Positions 27,232 to 37,695 are shown, counted from the stretch's first letter. The stretch is 64,000 nucleotides of DNA from an uncultured Eggerthella sp. (GCA_937998355.1 CALLDI010000011.1:139100-203099); one strand, 5' to 3'. The notes: a model not told the origin generated them from the letters alone. Numbers and translations: made by a program.

Positions 27232-27636
27232 ATGGCAATGGAAAAGACCTACATCATGATCAAGCCCGACGGCGTTGCGAATGGCCACATCGGCGAGATC
27301 GTCAATCGCTTCGAGCGTGCTGGTCTGAAGATCGAGCGCATGGAGCTCGGCATGGTCACACCCGAGCAGGCAGCTGCCAACTACCAGGAGCATGAGGGTA
27401 AACCATTCTACGATGGCCTCATCACCTACATCACCTCCGGTCCGGTCGTGAAGATGATCATCTCGGGCGATGGTGCAGTGCTCAAGTGCCGCTCGCTCAT
27501 GGGAGCCACTAATCCAGCTGAGGCAGCACCTGGCACGATTCGTGGTGACTTTGGCCTGATTATGGACGAAAATGTAATCCACGGTTCCGATTCCGTCGAA
27601 TCGGCCGAACGTGAGATGGCGATCTTCTTCGCATAA
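27232..27636 (+). CDS. ndk: Nucleoside diphosphate kinase
   Basis: IKPDG, GATNP..A.PGTIRGD, NVIHGSDS. Confidence 0.97.
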   Translation: MAMEKTYIMIKPDGVANGHIGEIVNRFERAGLKIERMELGMVTPEQAAANYQEHEGKPFYDGLITYITSGPVVKMIISGDGAVLKCRSLMGATNPAEAAPGTIRGDFGLIMDENVIHGSDSVESAEREMAIFFA

Positions 27637-27699
27637 TCTCGCACTGCGCATCAGCGCGTGAACAGCGCTCGTGAGGCTGCCCTACGAAAGGAAGCGCAC

Positions 27700-28740
27700 A
27701 TGCTCTATCGGGTCATCGATGCAGACAAGCTTTCCTCGCTCGTTCGTGGTTTCATGAATGATTATGAAGTCATAGCCCCGGTCAAGAAGGACCAGGGCTA
27801 TGTTTTTGATATCATCCAAGACCCCGACGACGTGGCGTTCGACTGTACGACCACGCAAGTATCTCCTAAGAAGTTCTTCCTCCCATCGCACGAGGTCCTC
27901 ATGCGATTCGATGCAGAGGAGAACGAGGTCACCGATTTCGATCTCGAGATCAAGCCGCGCGTGCTGTTCGGCGTGCATCCCTGCGATATCAACGCGCTCA
28001 ATCGCCTGGATCTGGTGTACAAAGATTGCGCATACCCCGATCCCTATTACACGAAGCGTCGCGAGAACACGCTCATCGTCGGTATGGGCTGCATGCCCGG
28101 ACCGATGTGTTTCTGCAATCTGTGCGGCACTGATGAAGCGCGCATGGGAACAGATATGTTCTTGCAGAAGATCGGCGACAAATACCTGGTGTCCTTGGCG
28201 GGCGTCGAAGCATCGAGCGTGTTGGAGGCATCGTGCGACCCTAAGCACGCCACCGATGAAGATCGTCGCGAATTCCGTCGCGTGACGCGCGAGCGCGAAG
28301 AGGCGTTCAACACCGATATCCCGCACGTTCAAGAGGTCGCCATGATGATGGACGTGTTCCATCGCGATGAATTCTGGACCGAGATGGGGCAGCGTTGCCA
28401 GTCGTGCAGCGCCTGTTCAGCGGTCTGCCCGACGTGCTTCTGCTTCGATATCTACGACGAGCTCGACCCGGACGGCAAGCACGGTAGTCGTGTGCGCGTC
28501 TGGGATTCGTGCACGTCTCCTGAATTCGCTCTGGTGGCGGGCGGCCACAACTTCCGCGATACCAATCGCAAGCGCGTGCGCCACCGTTTCTATCATAAGC
28601 TCAACGGTTTTACGGGAAGTCATGACTATCAGCTCTGCGTGGGTTGCGGGCGTTGCGTGTACGCATGTAAGGCGAACATCAACCCGATCGAGGTGCTGAA
28701 GTTCTTCGACAGAAAGGGAGCCGAAGACCATGGAGAGTAA
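27700..28740 (+). CDS. Sulfhydrogenase-type (group 3b) Fe-S beta subunit, AsrA/HydB-like
   Basis: PCD, CQSCSAC...CPTCFC, R.WDSC, CVGCGRC...C. Confidence 0.9.
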   Translation: MLYRVIDADKLSSLVRGFMNDYEVIAPVKKDQGYVFDIIQDPDDVAFDCTTTQVSPKKFFLPSHEVLMRFDAEENEVTDFDLEIKPRVLFGVHPCDINALNRLDLVYKDCAYPDPYYTKRRENTLIVGMGCMPGPMCFCNLCGTDEARMGTDMFLQKIGDKYLVSLAGVEASSVLEASCDPKHATDEDRREFRRVTREREEAFNTDIPHVQEVAMMMDVFHRDEFWTEMGQRCQSCSACSAVCPTCFCFDIYDELDPDGKHGSRVRVWDSCTSPEFALVAGGHNFRDTNRKRVRHRFYHKLNGFTGSHDYQLCVGCGRCVYACKANINPIEVLKFFDRKGAEDHGE

Positions 28741-29647
28741 ACGTCGCACCGCTCCCACCACGCTCGAGGTGAAGGGGCGCTACAACTACACTGCTGCCCT
28801 CGACGGCGCGGAGATGATGGCGGCGAACCCTTATCGGCCGTGGTCTGCGCGCATCACGTCCATCACGCCGCTCACGGAGAAAGAAACGCTCTTCGAGATG
28901 CGCCTGATCGACGATCGCATTCGCGATGCGTTCCATCATCACCCGGGTCAGTTCGTCTGCGTCAGCGTCTTCGGCGTAGGGGAGGTGCCCATCTCCATCT
29001 CGAGCTCTCCTTCGAAGAGTGGCTTCATCGAGATCTGCGTCCGTCGTGCGGGTGAAGTGACCAAGGCACTGCACAACATGCAGTGCGGCGATATCGTCGG
29101 CCTTCGTGGTCCGTATGGTCATCCGTTCCCGTTCGAGGATATGAAGGGCCACGATATCTTGCTGGTGGCGGGCGGTCTCGGCATCGCGCCGTTGCGTTCG
29201 CTCATCAATAACATCCACGACGAGCGTTCCGAATTCGGCAAGGTCACGATCATCTATGGATCGCGCGCGCCCGAAGAGATCATGTTCCGCGAACAGTTCG
29301 AGATGTGGAACCATCGTCCCGATTTCGATTTCTACCTCACCATCGACAAGCCTCATCCCGATTGGAGTGGCAACGTGGGCATGGTCACCGAGGCGTTCAA
29401 AACGTTGGAGGTCGACCCCGACAACACATTTGGCGCGATCTGCGGGCCACCGGTCATGTATCGCTTCGTCGTCGAGGAGATGGCGAAGAAGGGCATCAGC
29501 TACGATCGCATCTTCATGTCGTTCGAGCGCCACATGAAGTGCGGCATGGGACGCTGCGGGCACTGTCAGATCGGACATCAGTACGTGTGCTTCGATGGCC
29601 CGGTCTTCAATTACTGGGAAGCCAAGAACATCCAGGGGTCGATGTAG
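28730..29647 (+). CDS. Sulfhydrogenase-type FAD/NAD(P)-binding gamma subunit, AsrB/HydG-like
   Basis: PGQF, GEVPISI, RGPYG, AGGLG.AP, CGPP, M.CG.G.CGHC...VC.DGP [2Fe-2S] motif. Confidence 0.92.
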   Translation: MESKRRTAPTTLEVKGRYNYTAALDGAEMMAANPYRPWSARITSITPLTEKETLFEMRLIDDRIRDAFHHHPGQFVCVSVFGVGEVPISISSSPSKSGFIEICVRRAGEVTKALHNMQCGDIVGLRGPYGHPFPFEDMKGHDILLVAGGLGIAPLRSLINNIHDERSEFGKVTIIYGSRAPEEIMFREQFEMWNHRPDFDFYLTIDKPHPDWSGNVGMVTEAFKTLEVDPDNTFGAICGPPVMYRFVVEEMAKKGISYDRIFMSFERHMKCGMGRCGHCQIGHQYVCFDGPVFNYWEAKNIQGSM

Positions 29648-29648
29648 C

Positions 29649-30452
29649 ATGATGAAACCATCTCAGTGTTCTTCTTGCGCCGAACAGGCGATCCCATCCG
29701 TGGTCGTGGTGGGTCTGGCGAGCTGCTTCGGCTGCCAGCTGCAGATCACCAACCAAGAACAGTATCTCACCGACGTGCTTGGCCGCTTCGACCTGAAGTA
29801 CTGGCAGCTCACGTCTTCAGAACCGATGCCCGAGGATTTCTCGGTCGCCATCATCGAAGGCGCGGTCACCACCGCTGAAGCGCTCGAACAGGTGAAGGAG
29901 TTGCGCGAAAAGGCCGATACCATCATCACGATCGGTGCCTGCGCGAACACCGCGGGCATCCCTGGCATGGCTTCAGATGGCTTCGATCGTCGTATCGGAG
30001 AAGTCTATGACACGCTTCCCGAAGCGTGTGGCGATATCATCGCGCCACGCGCGGTGAAGGACGTGATCGACGTCGATTTCGAGGTGCTCAGTTGTCCGAT
30101 CGACTTCTATGAATTCGCCCAGGTCCTGAGCGCTGCGCTGCTCGGATCGAATCGCGCTCGTCGTTCGACCACCATGTGCGCCGAATGCAAGCGTCAGGAG
30201 AACCCCTGCTTCTATCCACAGGGCGAGATCTGTCTTGGTCTCGTGACCAGGGGCGGCTGCATGGCACGCTGTCCTTCTCTTGGCCGTCCGTGCATGGGCT
30301 GTCGTGGCTTGTCGCCCAAGGCGAATCTCGATTCCGCTCGCGAATCGGTCAAGCTCTTCGGTCTTTCGTCCGAGGAATTCGAACGCAAGCTCACCATCTT
30401 CAATCAAACCAACGAAGTGCTTTCTTCGGAGGGTGAGGGATCACATGACTAG
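29649..30452 (+). CDS. [NiFe]-hydrogenase group 3 small (delta) subunit
   Basis: SCFGC, EGAV, GACA, CP, C.EC, CLG.VT..GC.A.CP....C.GC; no Tat signal. Confidence 0.9.
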   Translation: MMKPSQCSSCAEQAIPSVVVVGLASCFGCQLQITNQEQYLTDVLGRFDLKYWQLTSSEPMPEDFSVAIIEGAVTTAEALEQVKELREKADTIITIGACANTAGIPGMASDGFDRRIGEVYDTLPEACGDIIAPRAVKDVIDVDFEVLSCPIDFYEFAQVLSAALLGSNRARRSTTMCAECKRQENPCFYPQGEICLGLVTRGGCMARCPSLGRPCMGCRGLSPKANLDSARESVKLFGLSSEEFERKLTIFNQTNEVLSSEGEGSHD

Positions 30453-31728
30453 ATCACAGCTCAACATCGATCACGTCGCGCGCGTCGAAGGCCACGGCAA
30501 CGTTCACGTCGTCATCCAAGACGATGTCGTGAAGACGGTCGAGATGAACATCGTCGAGCCTGCGCGTCTGTTCGAGAGCATGGTGCGTGGCCACAGCTAC
30601 AAGGATTGCTCCTACATCGCTTCGCGCATCTGCGGCATCTGTTCGCCTAGCCACTGCGTCACCGACCTGAAGGCGGTGGAAGACGCGTTCGGCATCGAGG
30701 TGAGCCCGCGCACGAAGCTCATCCGCGAGCTGTTGGTGTATGGTTCCTACTTGCAGAATCATGCGTCGCATCTCTTCGTGTTCGTCGTGCCTGATTTCAT
30801 CGGAGAGCCGAGCGTGTTCCCGCTCGCCCAGAGCGACCCGGAGCTGTTCGAGCAGGCGCTCGAGCTCAAGCGTCTCGGTAACGACCTTTGCACGCAGGTG
30901 GGCGGCCGTTCGATCCATCCCATCACGGCGGTGGTGGGCGGTTTCACGCACGAGATCTCGCCTGAGGAATATCTCGCATTGGCAGATCGCATGGAGGCTA
31001 TGATCCCCTTTGCGAAGCGCACGGTCGATCTGTTCTCGTCGTTCCGCATCACCGATATCCATACGGCATCCGATCTGCTCGCCATGGTCGAAGAAGATTA
31101 TTACCCGGTGCAATCGTCCGACCAGCTCGAGCTGTTAGACGAAGACGTGGTCTTCGAAGCGCGCGATTTCGAGGACTACCTGGAAGAATACGAGGTCCCG
31201 CATTCAGGAGCGCTCTTCACGCGCGTGAAGAAGACCGGAAAGCCCGTCTTCACCTCCGCGCTCTCGCGCTTGAACGCTTCATGGGATCATCTTTCGCAAG
31301 AGGCGAAGGTCGCCTCGGCGAAGGCGGGGTTGCGTCCTGAAGAGAAGAACCCGATGAAGAACAACCTCGCGCAAGCGATCGAGATCCTCGATGCGCTCAT
31401 TCGTTGTTCGGCCATCTGCCGCGAACTCGCGAAGGGTGAAGGTGACTCGAAGCCGGTCGAGTTCGTGCCGAAGGCGGGCATCGGCATCGGCATGACCGAA
31501 GCGCCGCGCGGTGTGGTCTTCCACAAGCTCGAGTTCGACGACGAAGGCCGTGTGCTGCATGCATCCATCATCACGCCCACGTCGCAGAACCTCGCGTCGC
31601 TCGAAGCGGATACGCGCCATCTGGTCGAAGTTCTGATCGAGTCGGGACTGGGGGAGGACTACATCCGCTCCGAGATCGCCAAGCTCGTGCGCGCCTACGA
31701 TCCATGTCTTTCCTGTAGCGTCCACTAA
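30445..31728 (+). CDS. [NiFe]-hydrogenase group 3b-type large (alpha) subunit
   Basis: ARVEGH, L1 RICGICSPSH, EAPRG, L2 DPCLSCSVH immediately followed by TAA. Confidence 0.93.
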   Translation: MTRSQLNIDHVARVEGHGNVHVVIQDDVVKTVEMNIVEPARLFESMVRGHSYKDCSYIASRICGICSPSHCVTDLKAVEDAFGIEVSPRTKLIRELLVYGSYLQNHASHLFVFVVPDFIGEPSVFPLAQSDPELFEQALELKRLGNDLCTQVGGRSIHPITAVVGGFTHEISPEEYLALADRMEAMIPFAKRTVDLFSSFRITDIHTASDLLAMVEEDYYPVQSSDQLELLDEDVVFEARDFEDYLEEYEVPHSGALFTRVKKTGKPVFTSALSRLNASWDHLSQEAKVASAKAGLRPEEKNPMKNNLAQAIEILDALIRCSAICRELAKGEGDSKPVEFVPKAGIGIGMTEAPRGVVFHKLEFDDEGRVLHASIITPTSQNLASLEADTRHLVEVLIESGLGEDYIRSEIAKLVRAYDPCLSCSVH

Positions 31729-31771
31729 CCTCCGCTCATGGTGTGGATTTCTTTTATGAATGCGGTGCCTA

Positions 31772-31780
31772 TGTTAGAAT
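31772..31780 (+). promoter_or_regulatory. Putative extended -10 promoter of the mre operon
   Basis: TG-T-TAGAAT about 35 bp upstream of mreB. Confidence 0.5.
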
Positions 31781-31815
31781 CGTTAACTGCACGAAAATGA
31801 CCGTGAGGAACTTGC

Positions 31816-32871
31816 ATGTCCTTTTTTGATTTCATTCAGAACGCTTCGTCGTCGAGTTCGTACGATATGGCGATCGACCTCGGCACTGCCAACACCTTGG
31901 TGGGCATCAGTGGTCAGGGTGTCGTCATCAATGAGCCTTCCGTCGTCGCGATCGAACGAAGCACGCATCGCGTCTTGGCGGTCGGTCATGAAGCGAAGAA
32001 CATGATCAACCATACGCCCGATACGTTTTCCGCAGAACATCCCCTTCACGATGGTGTTGTCTCCGACTACGACATCACCGAAGCTATGATCTCGGCTTTC
32101 ATCAACAAAGCCGCACCTCGCCGTTATCCTTGGCAGCCCAAGCCGCGCATCGTCGTGTGCATCCCGTGCGGTGCTACCTCGGTCGAGAAGCGCGCGGTGT
32201 TCGAAGCCACCATCCAGGCGGGTGCTCGTCAGGCTTACCTCATCGAAGAGCCCATGGCGGCTGCGATGGGTGCCGACCTACCCGTCACCGAACCTACTGG
32301 TTCGATGGTCGTCGACATCGGCGGCGGCACCACCGAAGTCGCGGTCATTTCGCTCGGTGGTATCGTCACCTCGTCCTCGCTGCGTTTGGCGGGCAATCGC
32401 CTCGACGAAGCGATCGCGATGCATCTACGCGATCTGCTCGGCATCAAGATCGGTGAACGTACGGCAGAGGTCATCAAGATCAAGATCGGCTCCATCCTTC
32501 CGTTCGAAGACGGACGCGAGCGCGATATGATCATCTCTGGTCAGGACGTGCTGACCGAGCAGCCTAAAGAGGTCACCATCCAATCCGAAGACGTGCGCGA
32601 AGCGCTCCAAGAACCTATCGACGAGATGGTCGTCCATATCAAGGAAACCTTCAAGAAGACCAATCCCGACCTCGCGTCGGACATCATTTCGAACGGCATC
32701 TTGCTCACGGGTGGCGGTGGCCTGCTCTCAGGTCTCGATCGCTATCTCACGAACAAGCTCGAGATCCCGGTGTGGACCAGCGAAACGGCGCTCACCAACG
32801 TGGTCACGGGTTGTTTGAAGGTCCTTGAAACCCCGGCAGCTCTCAAGCAGATATTGATGCGTTCGAAATAG
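31816..32871 (+). CDS. mreB: Rod shape-determining actin homolog
   Basis: AIDLGTANT, EPSVVA, VDIGGGTTEVA, LTGGG. Confidence 0.96.
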   Translation: MSFFDFIQNASSSSSYDMAIDLGTANTLVGISGQGVVINEPSVVAIERSTHRVLAVGHEAKNMINHTPDTFSAEHPLHDGVVSDYDITEAMISAFINKAAPRRYPWQPKPRIVVCIPCGATSVEKRAVFEATIQAGARQAYLIEEPMAAAMGADLPVTEPTGSMVVDIGGGTTEVAVISLGGIVTSSSLRLAGNRLDEAIAMHLRDLLGIKIGERTAEVIKIKIGSILPFEDGRERDMIISGQDVLTEQPKEVTIQSEDVREALQEPIDEMVVHIKETFKKTNPDLASDIISNGILLTGGGGLLSGLDRYLTNKLEIPVWTSETALTNVVTGCLKVLETPAALKQILMRSK

Positions 32872-32886
32872 GAGTTCATCTCATAC

Positions 32887-33852
32887 ATGGCCCTGAAGCT
32901 CAAAGACAATCCGCTCCAGTTCGGTGGCCATCTTGGAGGAAGAACACTTCTGATCGTTCTCCTTGTGGTCTCGCTCATCCTGTTCGTAGCGTATGCGCGT
33001 GAGGGCAATGAAGGCCCGCTCCATTCGCTGCAGAACACCACTTCTGGTATGGTCACGCCGCTCACGGCGGTGGGTACGACCGTGGGCTCGCTCGCGGTCT
33101 CGGGCACGATGTCGGTCGAGGACTTGACCGCATCCGACGCCGCTTACAATCAGCTCAAAGAGAACAACCAGCGTCTTTCGCAGATGGTCGTCGAGTTGGA
33201 GGAGTACCGCCAGGAAGCGGCGCGCCTCGAATCGCTCATCGGCCTGGCGGACGCGTATGGCTTCACGTCCATCGCGGCACGCGTGGTGGGTTATTCGACC
33301 GATTCCTACAACCGCAGCATCACGCTCGATGCGGGAAGCGCTTCGGGCATCAAGACGGGCATGCCTGTCATGGGCTCTACAGGCGTCATCGGTCAGGTGG
33401 TCTCGACCACGCCTGCAACGTGCAACGTCCGTTTGCTCACGGACCCGCAAAGCGGCGTGTCGGTGCTCGTGCAATCTTCGCGCGCTGAAGGCATCGTGCG
33501 CGGTTCGGTGGAAGGCACGCTCTATCTCGAGGGTATCGACGACACGGTCGAGCTCTCCGAAGGCGACGTGGTCATCACGTCGGGGCTCGGTGGCGGCTAC
33601 TACCGCGGTCTCGTGGTCGGCATGATCACGAAGATCGAACAGCGTCCAGGAAGCCTTTCCCGCACCATTGTGGTCACCCCGAATGCGTCGTTCTCGAATA
33701 TCTCTGAAGCGCTCGTCGTCATCAGCATGGGTGACGCGAACGCTGCCGACAACGAAGAGCTTTCGCGCAAGGTCGATCCTTCCAGGCTCCAGGGCCAAGG
33801 GTCGAGCAGCGGCGATTCGGGCGAATCTGGCACTGAAGGAGGGGAGCAGTGA
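32887..33852 (+). CDS. mreC: Rod shape-determining protein
   Basis: N-terminal TM, coiled coil (LKENNQRL), V.LLTD, GD.V.TSG.GG; synteny. Confidence 0.93.
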   Translation: MALKLKDNPLQFGGHLGGRTLLIVLLVVSLILFVAYAREGNEGPLHSLQNTTSGMVTPLTAVGTTVGSLAVSGTMSVEDLTASDAAYNQLKENNQRLSQMVVELEEYRQEAARLESLIGLADAYGFTSIAARVVGYSTDSYNRSITLDAGSASGIKTGMPVMGSTGVIGQVVSTTPATCNVRLLTDPQSGVSVLVQSSRAEGIVRGSVEGTLYLEGIDDTVELSEGDVVITSGLGGGYYRGLVVGMITKIEQRPGSLSRTIVVTPNASFSNISEALVVISMGDANAADNEELSRKVDPSRLQGQGSSSGDSGESGTEGGEQ

Positions 33853-34379
33853 TGCGCACTAAGCTCGTTCCTTTGGTCTCGGCCGCGATCATCGTGCTCC
33901 TGCAGATCGTCATCGCGCCGCTCATCGCCATCTATTCGGTCGTGCCGAACTTCATCGTCTCGTTCGTGATCGTGCTCTCCATCGTGCGCAGGGAAGATAC
34001 CACCTATCTCTACGCGTTCGTGCTCGGGCTCATCTCGGATCTGCTCAGTACCGTGCCGTTCGGTCTCACGCCGCTCTTGCTGTTGCTCATCTCCTTCGTG
34101 CTTTCGCGTGTCTTCGAGGTGCTCGACAAATCGAGTTTCGCTATGGTCCTCGCTTCATGCGCGGTGGCGCTCTTGCTCTATCAGATCATCGTGGTCATCG
34201 TGCAACTCGTGCTCGGCTATCCTGCAGGTTTCTTCGAACTGCTGGTAGCGCGTGCGCTCCCTGCGACTGTCTTCAATCTCATCATCTGCGCGATCCTCTA
34301 TTTCGTGGCGCGCAAATTCCCCGACGAACCCGCTGGCAATGAAGCGTGGACGGTCGATCGCTCTCAGCGTTTCCGCTAA
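33849..34379 (+). CDS. mreD: Rod shape-determining protein
   Basis: Polytopic membrane protein with PN, G...D motifs, located between mreC and mrdA. Confidence 0.88.
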   Translation: MMRTKLVPLVSAAIIVLLQIVIAPLIAIYSVVPNFIVSFVIVLSIVRREDTTYLYAFVLGLISDLLSTVPFGLTPLLLLLISFVLSRVFEVLDKSSFAMVLASCAVALLLYQIIVVIVQLVLGYPAGFFELLVARALPATVFNLIICAILYFVARKFPDEPAGNEAWTVDRSQRFR

Positions 34380-34391
34380 GAGAGGCGTGTC

Positions 34392-36509
34392 ATGCTAGCC
34401 ACCATCGCCGTTGTCGTCATATCGCTCGTCATCATCGCGCTCGTGCTGATCGTCGTCTTCAGATGGCGTTCGGGCACATCTCATATTCGTACGCGCAACA
34501 AGATGGGCGTGCGCTCCATCTCGTCGGTCGGCATCTCGGCTGAAGCTCCGAAAGTGGATGGCGCGAGCGTTGGGTCCACTGGTCCGTATTCTGCGACGGG
34601 GACGACCACGTCAGGAACGCCGAGTGGCCAGCGCAGCCGCTTTCTCGCAGTCGGTGTTCTGGTGGCAGGTGTGTTCAGCGCGCTCGCCGTGAAGCTCTTC
34701 GGGCTGCAGGTATTGAGCGCTGCGAGCTATCAGAAAGAAGCCGAGTCGAACCTCTACACCACGGTAACGACCCCTGCGCCGCGTGGCGTGATCTACGACC
34801 GCGATGGCGTGCCGTTGGTCACCAATCGTCAAGTGCTCACCGTGCTCGCCGACGCCGATGTCGCCAAGAACACCAATGTGATCCTGCGTCTTTCGGCGCT
34901 CTTGGGCATTCCTTACGATGTCGTGCGTGCGCGCATCCTCGATTCGTCGACCGGTGCGCAGTCGCAGCGCGTCGTCGCGAAGGATATCCGTCTGCGCGAT
35001 GCGGCATTCATCAGCGAACATCAAGATGCGTTCCCGGGTGTCACGACTCAGATCCGCAGCGACCGCATCTATCCTTATGGCGCGCTCGCCGCTCATATTC
35101 TGGGGTATACGGGCACTTCTTCTGAAGAGGACCTGAAGAACGTTACCGAAGGTCGTGACATCGAGATGGGTGATACGGTCGGCAAGTCCGGCATCGAGCA
35201 ATCCTACGACGACGTGCTGGCGGGCGATCATGGCCAGCGTACCCTCATCACCGATGCGTCGGGCGAGGTACAGCAGGTCGTGAGCGAGTCCGACCCCACC
35301 AAAGGAAACGACATCTACCTCACCATCGCAGCTCCGGTTCAGTACGCTGCCGACACGGCGCTGCGCGAGCTGGTGCAGGGCGGCACGGGTACGGCGGCAT
35401 CGCTCGTGGTCGTGGACGTGAAGACTGGCGGCATCTTGGCCATGTCGAACTATCCCACCTACGAACCAGAACACTTCATCGGCGGCATCTCGCAGGATGT
35501 GTGGGATGCCTATCAGACCGAAGAATCGCACTATCCGCTCATGAATCGCGCGATCGCAGGTACGTATCCTGCTGCATCGTGCTTCAAAGCGTTCACGGGT
35601 TTGGCAGGTCTCACCTACGGTTTCGCCGACTCCACGAAGGTGTGGGATTGCACGGGCACGTGGACGGGATTCGGCAAAGAATACCCGCAGAAATGTTGGG
35701 ACCACGACGGACATGGTTGGTTGTCGTTCCGTGAAGGCATCGTCGTCTCGTGCGACGTCGTCTTCTACGAGATCGCGCGCGACTTCTATAACGCGCGCGG
35801 CTCGATCGGCGATGAGGCCATGCAGGACTTCATCAAGGAGTTCGGCTACTCGGCGCTCACGAATGTCGATCTGGCGGGCGAGGCTCAAGGTCGTATTCCG
35901 ACCCCTGAATGGAAGCAGGAGTACTTCCGCGACGTTCCGACCGAAGCTCAGTGGCTTCCGGGCGATATCTCGAACATGGTCATCGGTCAGGGCTACGTGC
36001 TCGTCACACCGCTCCAGGTGGCGCGTGGATACGCGGCTATCGCGACGGGTAAGCTGTTGCAGCCGCACCTGTTGAAGGAAGTGCGCAATTCTGCGGGCGA
36101 AGTGGTGGTCGAGGCGCCCGTGGTCGAGGCGGCCACTCCCGATGTGAGCGAGGCGAATTACCAGATCGTGCGCGACGCGCTGCGTGGCGTGGCGACCGAG
36201 AATAACGATGTTTCAGCGGACTTCGCGCAGTACGATTTCACGTTCGCCGCGAAGACCGGTACGGCAGAGGTCGCAGGCAAGCAGGACTTCGCGTGGTTCT
36301 CGTGCTATGCGCCCTATGAAGAACCGCAATTCGCGCTCTCGCTTTGTATCGAAGAAGGCGGCTCGGGTGGTTCGGTCGCATCGCCGGTGGCGGCTCGCGT
36401 GATGAAGGCCGCGATGGATTACGCTCGCGGTGCCGATCTGAAGTACGAGAAGATAACCGCAGGCGATCCACAGAAGGCGAAGACGTCGGGAGGTGAAGAG
36501 AATGGCTGA
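34392..36509 (+). CDS. mrdA: Penicillin-binding protein 2
   Basis: APRG.IYDR, SxxK (SCFK), SCD, KTGTAE transpeptidase motifs. Confidence 0.94.
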   Translation: MLATIAVVVISLVIIALVLIVVFRWRSGTSHIRTRNKMGVRSISSVGISAEAPKVDGASVGSTGPYSATGTTTSGTPSGQRSRFLAVGVLVAGVFSALAVKLFGLQVLSAASYQKEAESNLYTTVTTPAPRGVIYDRDGVPLVTNRQVLTVLADADVAKNTNVILRLSALLGIPYDVVRARILDSSTGAQSQRVVAKDIRLRDAAFISEHQDAFPGVTTQIRSDRIYPYGALAAHILGYTGTSSEEDLKNVTEGRDIEMGDTVGKSGIEQSYDDVLAGDHGQRTLITDASGEVQQVVSESDPTKGNDIYLTIAAPVQYAADTALRELVQGGTGTAASLVVVDVKTGGILAMSNYPTYEPEHFIGGISQDVWDAYQTEESHYPLMNRAIAGTYPAASCFKAFTGLAGLTYGFADSTKVWDCTGTWTGFGKEYPQKCWDHDGHGWLSFREGIVVSCDVVFYEIARDFYNARGSIGDEAMQDFIKEFGYSALTNVDLAGEAQGRIPTPEWKQEYFRDVPTEAQWLPGDISNMVIGQGYVLVTPLQVARGYAAIATGKLLQPHLLKEVRNSAGEVVVEAPVVEAATPDVSEANYQIVRDALRGVATENNDVSADFAQYDFTFAAKTGTAEVAGKQDFAWFSCYAPYEEPQFALSLCIEEGGSGGSVASPVAARVMKAAMDYARGADLKYEKITAGDPQKAKTSGGEENG

Positions 36510-37695
36510 GATGATGGAGATCAACTCCGTTCAACCGCGCGACCCTGAATTAGCCAAGGCCTACAAGCCGCGTCGCTTCAAGTATCTGAACCTGCCATTC
36601 GTCGCTTGCTTCGTGGCGCTGGTCATCTATGGTCTGATCGTGCAGTTCTCGGCAACTTCGTCCGACTCCGACTTCAACTTCACCACGCAGGTGCTCGGTG
36701 TAGTCATCGGCATCGTGCTCTTCGTGCTGGTGAGCCGCTTCGACTATCGCGCGTTATCGGGATTCACCACGTTCTTCGTGGTCATCAATGTCGTGTTGCT
36801 GCTCTCGCCTCACTTGCCCTTCATCGGTAGGGAAGTGAACGGGGCGAATTCGTGGATCCGTATCGGCGGATTCAGCATGCAGCCAGGCGAATTCGCGAAG
36901 GTCACGGTGGTGTTGCTGGCGGCGAGCATCATGTCGCGCTATGGCGGCCGCCTGGACGACCTGCGTGAATATCTCAAGGCGCTCGGCATCCTGTGCATCC
37001 CTTTCTTGTGCGTGCTCACGCAGCCTGACCTCGGTACAGGTCTCGTCTATCTCTGCATCGCTGCTTTCGCGCTCATCATCGGTGGGGCGAATTGGCGTTT
37101 CTTGGTGGGCACCGCTGCGGTCTTGGTGGTGCTCGTGCTCGGCGTCTTCATGCTCGACCCCATACTCGATGGGTTAGTGGGAAGCGATGTGCTGCTGAAG
37201 GATTATCAGCGCTCGCGCTTGCTCGTGTTCATGGACTCGAGCTACGACCTCTCGGGTGATGGCTACAACTTGCAGCAAGCGAAGATCGCCATCGGTTCGG
37301 GTGGCTTCTTCGGCAAAGGCTTCATGCAGGCGACGCAGTCTTCGCTGGGCTTCCTGCCCGAGGCACCCACCGACTTCGTCTTCTGCGTGCTGGCAGAGGA
37401 ATTCGGCTTCTTCGGTGCGCTCGTGCTGCTCGCGCTCTATCTGGGCCTCATCATCACCAGCATCCGTGTTGCGAAGAATGCTCCCGACCTGTTCGGCACC
37501 ATCATCGTCGTATGCATCGTGGGCATGTGGGTCTTCCAGATCCTCGAGAACATCGGCATGGACGTCGGGCTCATGCCCATCACGGGCATTCCGTTACCAT
37601 TTATCAGTTACGGTTCGTCCTTCATGCTGGTAAACTTTGTGATGTTGGGACTCATCAATTCCATCTGGGCGCATACCGACAAGGCGCCGCAATAA
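36502..37695 (+). CDS. rodA: SEDS-family peptidoglycan glycosyltransferase
   Basis: QPGEFAK, QPDLGT, AIGSGG, TDF.F....EEFG, GIPLPFISYG. Confidence 0.94.
   Translation: MAEMMEINSVQPRDPELAKAYKPRRFKYLNLPFVACFVALVIYGLIVQFSATSSDSDFNFTTQVLGVVIGIVLFVLVSRFDYRALSGFTTFFVVINVVLLLSPHLPFIGREVNGANSWIRIGGFSMQPGEFAKVTVVLLAASIMSRYGGRLDDLREYLKALGILCIPFLCVLTQPDLGTGLVYLCIAAFALIIGGANWRFLVGTAAVLVVLVLGVFMLDPILDGLVGSDVLLKDYQRSRLLVFMDSSYDLSGDGYNLQQAKIAIGSGGFFGKGFMQATQSSLGFLPEAPTDFVFCVLAEEFGFFGALVLLALYLGLIITSIRVAKNAPDLFGTIIVVCIVGMWVFQILENIGMDVGLMPITGIPLPFISYGSSFMLVNFVMLGLINSIWAHTDKAPQ

Noticed and set aside
27700..29647. Anaerobic sulfite reductase asrAB
   Set aside because: No siroheme AsrC subunit; the genes are followed by [NiFe]-hydrogenase small and large subunits.
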